DNA of 64,000 bases from Escherichia coli (GTDB lineage Bacteria > Pseudomonadota > Gammaproteobacteria > Enterobacterales > Enterobacteriaceae): the NCBI RefSeq assembly GCF_024223415.1, contig NZ_CP100500.1; one strand, written 5' to 3'. Below, piece after piece: positions 58,457 to 64,000 of this stretch; position 1 is the first letter of the stretch; each line of letters opens with the position of its first letter. Position numbers and translations under genes: made by a program. The notes under the pieces were generated by a model. The model did no database searches. It saw only the letters and a list, made by a program, of their open reading frames with translations, and was not told the origin of the DNA.

Positions 58457-59179
58457 CTAAACGATGCGGCAGGCGTCGGCTTCCCAGCGGTAACCGACGC
58501 CATAAACGGCGCGGATAAATGACTGTTCGGCGTCGAGAGATTCCAGCTTGCGGCGCAGGTTTTTAATGTGGCTGTCGATGGTGCGGTCGGTTACTACGCG
58601 GTAGTCGTCATAAAGATGATTGAGCAATTGCTCGCGGGAGAACACTTTTCCTGGTTCGTGAGAGAGCGTTTTCAGCAGACGAAATTCCGCAGGCGTCAGG
58701 TCAAGCATTTTACCGCGCCATGAAGCCTGAAAACGACCTTCGTCGATAATCAACGGGCTTTCAGCATCCTGTTGCTGCAACTCGCGCTGCGGTTTGCAAC
58801 GGCGCAAAATGGTTTTGACGCGCGCTACCACTTCCCGTGGGCTGTACGGCTTACAGATATAATCATCTGCGCCAATCTCCAGCCCCAGCAGGCGATCGAT
58901 CTCTTCGATTTTTGCCGTCACCATCACGATCGGAATGTCAGAAAAACGACGAATTTCCCGGCACAGCGTCAGGCCATCGGTGCCAGGGAGCATCAGATCT
59001 AACAGGATCAGATCCGGTGGTGTCTGGCGCACATACGGCAGTACCTGATCGCCGTGGCTGATAAGCGTCGGCGCATAGCTCGCAGCACGCAGATAATCAA
59101 TGAGCAACTGCCCCAGCTTCGGTTCATCTTCCACGATCAAAATACGCGGTGTGTTTTCGTCGATTGGTAACTCGGTCAT
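58457..59179 (-). CDS. baeR: OmpR-family response regulator BaeR
   Basis: 240 aa, [15 protein letters not shown]. Confidence 0.95.
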
Positions 59180-60579
59180 ACTTCTCTCTGTAAATCCCGT
59201 TCCAGCGGTAACTCTACTGTAATGCTTACCCCGCCAAAAGGCGAATGGGCAGCAATAATGCGACCATTATGTGCTTCAACAATGTTCAGGCAAATCGCCA
59301 GCCCCAGCCCGGAACCGCCGCTGGCACGGTTGCGGGAACCTTCGGTGCGATAAAAACGTTCAAACAATTTTTGTAGCTGATCGTCACTGACACCTGGCGC
59401 ACTGTCGGCAAAGGTCAGGCGCACCGTTTTGTCGCGCTGCCCGGCAGAGATTTGCAGGCTGCCGCCGCTGTCAGTGTAGCGCAGGCTGTTTTCCAGTAAG
59501 TTATTGAATAACTGCATTAAACGGTCGCGATCGCCAAATACGGTAATACTGTCTGGCAGGGAAAATTGCAGTTTCAGGCCACGACTGGCGAATCGTTCGC
59601 GAAATGCGCCGCCCGCCACTTCCAGCAGTGGGATCAAATCTACCGGTGCTTTTTGATAGGCGAGAGCGCCTTCATCAGACATCGACAACTGATGGAGATC
59701 GTCAACCAGTTTGGTCAGTGTACCGACCTCCGCCTGTAAAGACGCCACCGTCTCCGGCGTGAATTTACGCACGCCATCCTGAATGGCTTCCAGTTCACCG
59801 CGCAGCACCGCTAATGGCGTACGCAGTTCGTGAGAAATATCGGCCATAAAATCGCGCCGCATTTGCTGGTTTTTCTCCAGTGTGCTGGCAAGCTGGTTGA
59901 AGTCTTGCGCCAGTTTGCCCAGTTCATCTTCACTGGTGGGCGTTACGCGGGTAGTGAAATCGCCCGCCGCCAGTTTGTGCGTGCCATCGACAAGTCGTTT
60001 TACCGGTGCCAGTAAACCGCGCGCCAGCAGAAAAGTGGCAAGTGCCGCGAGTAACGTTGCCAGGGCGACAATCAACCAGCTGGTTTGCCGCTGTTGTTTA
60101 TCGAAATTGATATCAGTATTGCGCGTTAACCGCTCAACGGGGGAGGCGATCACCGCGCCAACTTCCGCACCGTTGACCAGAATGGGTCGCCGTGTACCGT
60201 CAGGTGGAATCGGCGCTCGCGGACCAACCAGCACTTTGTTGTTTTGATCAACCACCCAGAACTGGGTACGCCAGCCGTGCGGTGGCATACCCGGGCCGGG
60301 TTTATCTTCCGAATTATCGTGTTCAAATGAACGCAGGATCTGAAAGACAAAGCGATCATTGTTGCGCAGGAAGCGCCAGTTGCCATGCTGCGCATACTGC
60401 TCGCCAAGCGCATCACTTAACAGTTGTAATCGCTGTTCATTACCATGCTTGATGTAATCAATAAAGCCACGCTCAAAACTGATACGCACCGCCCAGTGCA
60501 TACTGATCAGCAAGACAATGCAGGTGGCGAAAATCGCCAGAAACAGTTTGCCGGTAATACCGGGTCGCCAGAACTTCAT
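59176..60579 (-). CDS. baeS: Envelope-stress sensor histidine kinase BaeS
   Basis: 467 aa with HAMP, an H-box (SHELRTPL) and N/G boxes. ATGA overlaps on both sides. Confidence 0.95.
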
Positions 60580-61991
60580 TGCGCGCTCCTTTTTCGCCGC
60601 GAAATAGCTACATTTTGATGCGTATCGTTCGGCACTCTGGCAAAGATGAACGCCGGAAGGGCGATGATCAACGCCATGCTAAGCCAGGTGTACATAAAGA
60701 CGGTTTGTGTGGTGCCGCTGTCGACGCTGACATGCTGTGAACCAAAAAGTCCCAGCAACAGCCCGGCGATAGTGACGCCGATACTCATCGACAATTGCAT
60801 AATCATCGACAGCAGGCTGTTGCCGCTGCTCGCCAGATTGTCCGGGAGATCTTTCAGCGTCAGGGTGTTCATGGAGGAGAAACGCGTCGAGTTGACCATC
60901 CCTTGTAAAAACAGGACGAACGGCAAAACGTAGTACCAGCCCAGCAGGGCGGTAGTCATAAACAACAGGGTGACCAGCGACAGACCCAGCGTGGTCGCTA
61001 CCAGTACCCGACGATAACCAAAGCGATTCACCACCTGTACCACAATTCGCTTCATTCCCATGCTGCCAAGCACCATCGGGATCATCATCAGTCCGGCATG
61101 AAACGGCGAGAAACCGAGGCCAATTTGCAGGAAAACCGGTGTCATAAAGGGCAACATGCCACTGCCAATACGTCCGGCAAAGCTCCCCGCCAGGCCCAGC
61201 GAAAAGGTACGAGTACGGAACAGTTTCAGACTGAACAGGGCACGGTTGTTATTTCTGGCGTGCAGCAGATAAAGCACCAGTGCCACCACGCCAACTGCGA
61301 CCAGGCCTGCAATCGTCAGCGGCGATAAACCTGTACCTTTACTGCCGTCCAGCGCCAGGGTTAATACCGCCATGCCAACCGCCAGCAATAAAAATCCGGA
61401 GAGATCAAAGCGCCGCGTCTGCATGGTGTAGTTTGGCATTAACAGCAATGTGGCGATCGCACCGATAATCCCCACCGGAATGTTGATCAAAAAGATACAG
61501 TGCCACGATGCGTACTCCACCAGCAGACCGCCGAGCGCCGGACCGAGCAGCGGACCGACCTGACCGGGTAACGTGACAAAGGTCATCGCCGCCATATATT
61601 GCTCGCGCGGTACGATTTTCATCACCGTCAATCTGCCGACCGGCACCATCATCGCGCCGCCAACGCCCTGTAACGCGCGTGCCAGCAACAGTTCGTTCAG
61701 CGTGCCGGAAAGCGCGCAAAACAGTGAACCGAGAGTAAACAGCACGATGGCGGTAAAGAAAATATTGCGCACGCCGACTTTGTCCGCCAGCCAGCCGCTG
61801 GCGGGCAGCATCACCGCCACGGTCAGCACATAAGAGACAATGACCATGTGCATATGCAACGGACTTTCCCCGAGGCTTTGCGCCATTGAGGGAAGGGCGG
61901 TGTTTACGATGGTGGTGTCCAGCGACTGCATAAAGAAGCCGAAAGCCACAATCCACAATTGCCAACGGGTGCTGTCGGGAAGATCTGTCAT
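60576..61991 (-). CDS. mdtD: MFS transporter MdtD
   Basis: 471-aa MFS protein with 14 predicted TM segments, in the K-12 position. Confidence 0.92.
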   Translation of the reverse strand: MTDLPDSTRWQLWIVAFGFFMQSLDTTIVNTALPSMAQSLGESPLHMHMVIVSYVLTVAVMLPASGWLADKVGVRNIFFTAIVLFTLGSLFCALSGTLNELLLARALQGVGGAMMVPVGRLTVMKIVPREQYMAAMTFVTLPGQVGPLLGPALGGLLVEYASWHCIFLINIPVGIIGAIATLLLMPNYTMQTRRFDLSGFLLLAVGMAVLTLALDGSKGTGLSPLTIAGLVAVGVVALVLYLLHARNNNRALFSLKLFRTRTFSLGLAGSFAGRIGSGMLPFMTPVFLQIGLGFSPFHAGLMMIPMVLGSMGMKRIVVQVVNRFGYRRVLVATTLGLSLVTLLFMTTALLGWYYVLPFVLFLQGMVNSTRFSSMNTLTLKDLPDNLASSGNSLLSMIMQLSMSIGVTIAGLLLGLFGSQHVSVDSGTTQTVFMYTWLSMALIIALPAFIFARVPNDTHQNVAISRRKRSAQ

Positions 61992-64000
61992 TTACTCGGT
62001 TACCGTTTGTTTAGGTTTACGCGAAAAACGCAGCCGCAGACGGTCGAAAAAGAGATACACCACCGGCGTGGTATACAGCGTAAGGAGCTGGCTCATTACC
62101 AGTCCGCCGACAATGGTGATCCCCAGGGGTTGCCGCAGCTCCGAGCCGTCGCCGCCCGACAATACCAGCGGCAGCGCACCAAACAGCGCCGCCAGGGTAG
62201 TCATCATAATCGGGCGAAAACGCAGCAGACAGGCCTGGAAAATAGCTTCCTGCGGCGTCAGGTTACCGTGCCGTTGGGCTTCAAGCGCAAAATCGACCAT
62301 CATAATGGCGTTTTTCTTCACGATGCCGATTAATAGCATGATCCCTATCAGGGCGATTAGGCTGAACGGGGCATTGAACAGCTCCAGCGCCAACAGCGCT
62401 CCAACGCCCGCCGAGGGCAGGGTGGAGAGAATCGTCAGCGGATGTACGTAACTCTCGTAAAGGATACCCAGCACGATATACACCGTGGCGATGGCGGCGA
62501 TAATCAGGATCACCTGCGAGTTCATCGTCTCCTGGAACACCTGCGCCGTGCCGGCAAAACTGCCGCGCACCGTCGAAGGCACACCAAGCTGGGTCATTGC
62601 GCGATCGATCGCCGCACTGGCGTCCGAGAGCGATTTTCCGGTCGGCAGGTTAAACGAAATGGTCGAGGCCGCCGATAATCCCTGATGATTCACCGATAGT
62701 GGGGCATTCGCCGGTTGCCATTTAGCGAAATACGACAGCGGGATCGCTTTGCCTTCGTTATTGATAACGAACATTTTTTCCAGCGCACTGATGTCCTGGG
62801 TATAGCGCGGATCCACTTCCATCACCACTTTATACTGGTTCATCGGCTGGTAAATGGTCGAGATTTGCCGCTGACCGAAGGCGTTATTTAACAGACTGTT
62901 GGCGGCTTGTACGTCGATTCCCAGCCGTGCCATGGTGTCGCGGTCGTAAACCAGATTCATCTCCGCGCCGTTATCCTGCTGATCGGAGTTCACGTCCGCC
63001 AGTTCCGGCAACGTCGCCAGTTTTTTGCGGATTTTCGGCTCCCATTCTCGCAGTGCCGCCAGGTCGTCGGATAACAACGTGTACTGGTAGCTGGCGTTCG
63101 ACTGACGCCCACCAACGCGAATATCCTGTACCGCCATCAGGAACAGATTCGCCCCCGGTTCTTTCGCCAGTTTTACGCGCAGACGGTCGATAATTTGCTG
63201 CGCCGTTTCGCTGCGTTCGTCGCGTGGCTTGAGGGTGATAAACATCATCCCGCTGTTCACTCGCGAACCGCCTGTAAAGCCGGTGACATTATCCACTGCC
63301 GGATCGTCACGGATAATTTTCATGAAATCCTGCAACTTACCGCGCATCGCCTGAAACGAAATACTCTGATCCGCCTGAATCCCGCCCATCAACACGCCAG
63401 TGTCCTGCTCCGGGAAGAAGGTTTTCGGGATCGAGATATACAGCCAGATATTCAGCGCAATGGTGCCAAGCAGCACCACGCCCACCAGACGGGTATGATT
63501 GAGCACCCATTTCAGTGACTTGCCGTAGCCTTGTTGCAGGGCTACCAACATGCGACCAAAACCACGCAGTCGCTTTTGCTCGCGCGGCTTGCTGGCTTTC
63601 AGCATCCAGCCACACATCATTGGCGTTAATGTCAGAGAAACCAGCAACGATATACCAATGGCGACAGAAAGCGTCACGGCAAATTCGCGTAACAGTCGGC
63701 CCGGCAATCCGCCCATCAACAGCAGCGGCAGGAACACCGCCACCAGTGACAGACTCATCGACAGCACCGTAAAACCGACTTCGCGAGTACCTTGCAGTGC
63801 GGCTTGCAACGGTTTCATTCCCGCTTCCAGATGACGTGCAATGTTTTCCAGCACCACGATGGCGTCATCCACCACGAAACCAGTAGCGATGGTGAGCGCC
63901 ATTAACGAAAGGTTATTGAGACTGAATCCGCACAGGTACATCGCCGCAAACGTACCAATCAGCGAAACCGGCACCGAAACGGCGGGAATAATAGTGGCGC
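61992..64000 (-). CDS. mdtC: RND multidrug efflux subunit MdtC, C-terminal ~2/3 (5' end outside the window)
   Basis: RND-family sequence ending RKPKQTVTE. The frame stays open to the window edge. Confidence 0.92.
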   Translation of the reverse strand, partial: ATIIPAVSVPVSLIGTFAAMYLCGFSLNNLSLMALTIATGFVVDDAIVVLENIARHLEAGMKPLQAALQGTREVGFTVLSMSLSLVAVFLPLLLMGGLPGRLLREFAVTLSVAIGISLLVSLTLTPMMCGWMLKASKPREQKRLRGFGRMLVALQQGYGKSLKWVLNHTRLVGVVLLGTIALNIWLYISIPKTFFPEQDTGVLMGGIQADQSISFQAMRGKLQDFMKIIRDDPAVDNVTGFTGGSRVNSGMMFITLKPRDERSETAQQIIDRLRVKLAKEPGANLFLMAVQDIRVGGRQSNASYQYTLLSDDLAALREWEPKIRKKLATLPELADVNSDQQDNGAEMNLVYDRDTMARLGIDVQAANSLLNNAFGQRQISTIYQPMNQYKVVMEVDPRYTQDISALEKMFVINNEGKAIPLSYFAKWQPANAPLSVNHQGLSAASTISFNLPTGKSLSDASAAIDRAMTQLGVPSTVRGSFAGTAQVFQETMNSQVILIIAAIATVYIVLGILYESYVHPLTILSTLPSAGVGALLALELFNAPFSLIALIGIMLLIGIVKKNAIMMVDFALEAQRHGNLTPQEAIFQACLLRFRPIMMTTLAALFGALPLVLSGGDGSELRQPLGITIVGGLVMSQLLTLYTTPVVYLFFDRLRLRFSRKPKQTVTE

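Noticed and set aside
61840-62451. 203-aa plus-strand ORF across the mdtD/mdtC junction, with neighbouring plus-strand ORFs at 62442-63834
   Set aside because: They are antisense to the mdtC/mdtD coding sequences and have Arg/Ser-rich shadow-frame composition.

Overview
This window is Escherichia coli chromosome, recognised from memory of K-12 gene order and protein N-termini (no search was run). It is collinear with the K-12 46-47 min region in reverse orientation: btsS(yehU, partial)-btsR-yehS-yehR-yehQPML-yehK-yehI-yehH-metG-mrp-yehEDCBA-rcnB-rcnA-rcnR-[insertion]-thiMD-yegX-yegW-yegVUT-fbaB-gatYZABCD-gatR-yegS-yegR-cyaR-yegQ-yegP-baeRS-mdtD-mdtC(partial). The main non-core feature is an ~11.4 kb integrase-bearing phage-satellite-like island (28544-39967). 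It sits inside the thiM TPP riboswitch aptamer and is bounded by a 14-bp direct repeat. The island carries int, alpA, a divergent repressor/operator switch, an icd-like gene, a P4-alpha-type replicase with an adjacent iteron origin, ssb and a PerC-like gene. It also has a packaging/capsid module made of a lambda gpE-like major capsid protein, a gpD-like decoration protein and a Nu1-like small terminase. That terminase gene is flanked by two convergent lambda-like cos sites. No portal, protease, large terminase or tail genes lie inside the island. As far as I can tell this layout does not fit the P4-like, classical PICI or cf-PICI types. Other differences from K-12 as I recall it: yehH (molR) is one intact 1264-codon ORF, gatR is uninterrupted, and the P2 remnant (ogrK/yegZ) next to cyaR is absent, leaving an apparently empty P2 attB. 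Many ORF-track entries are antisense shadows or N-terminally over-extended, so I adjusted starts where I recognised the protein N-terminus and an RBS.
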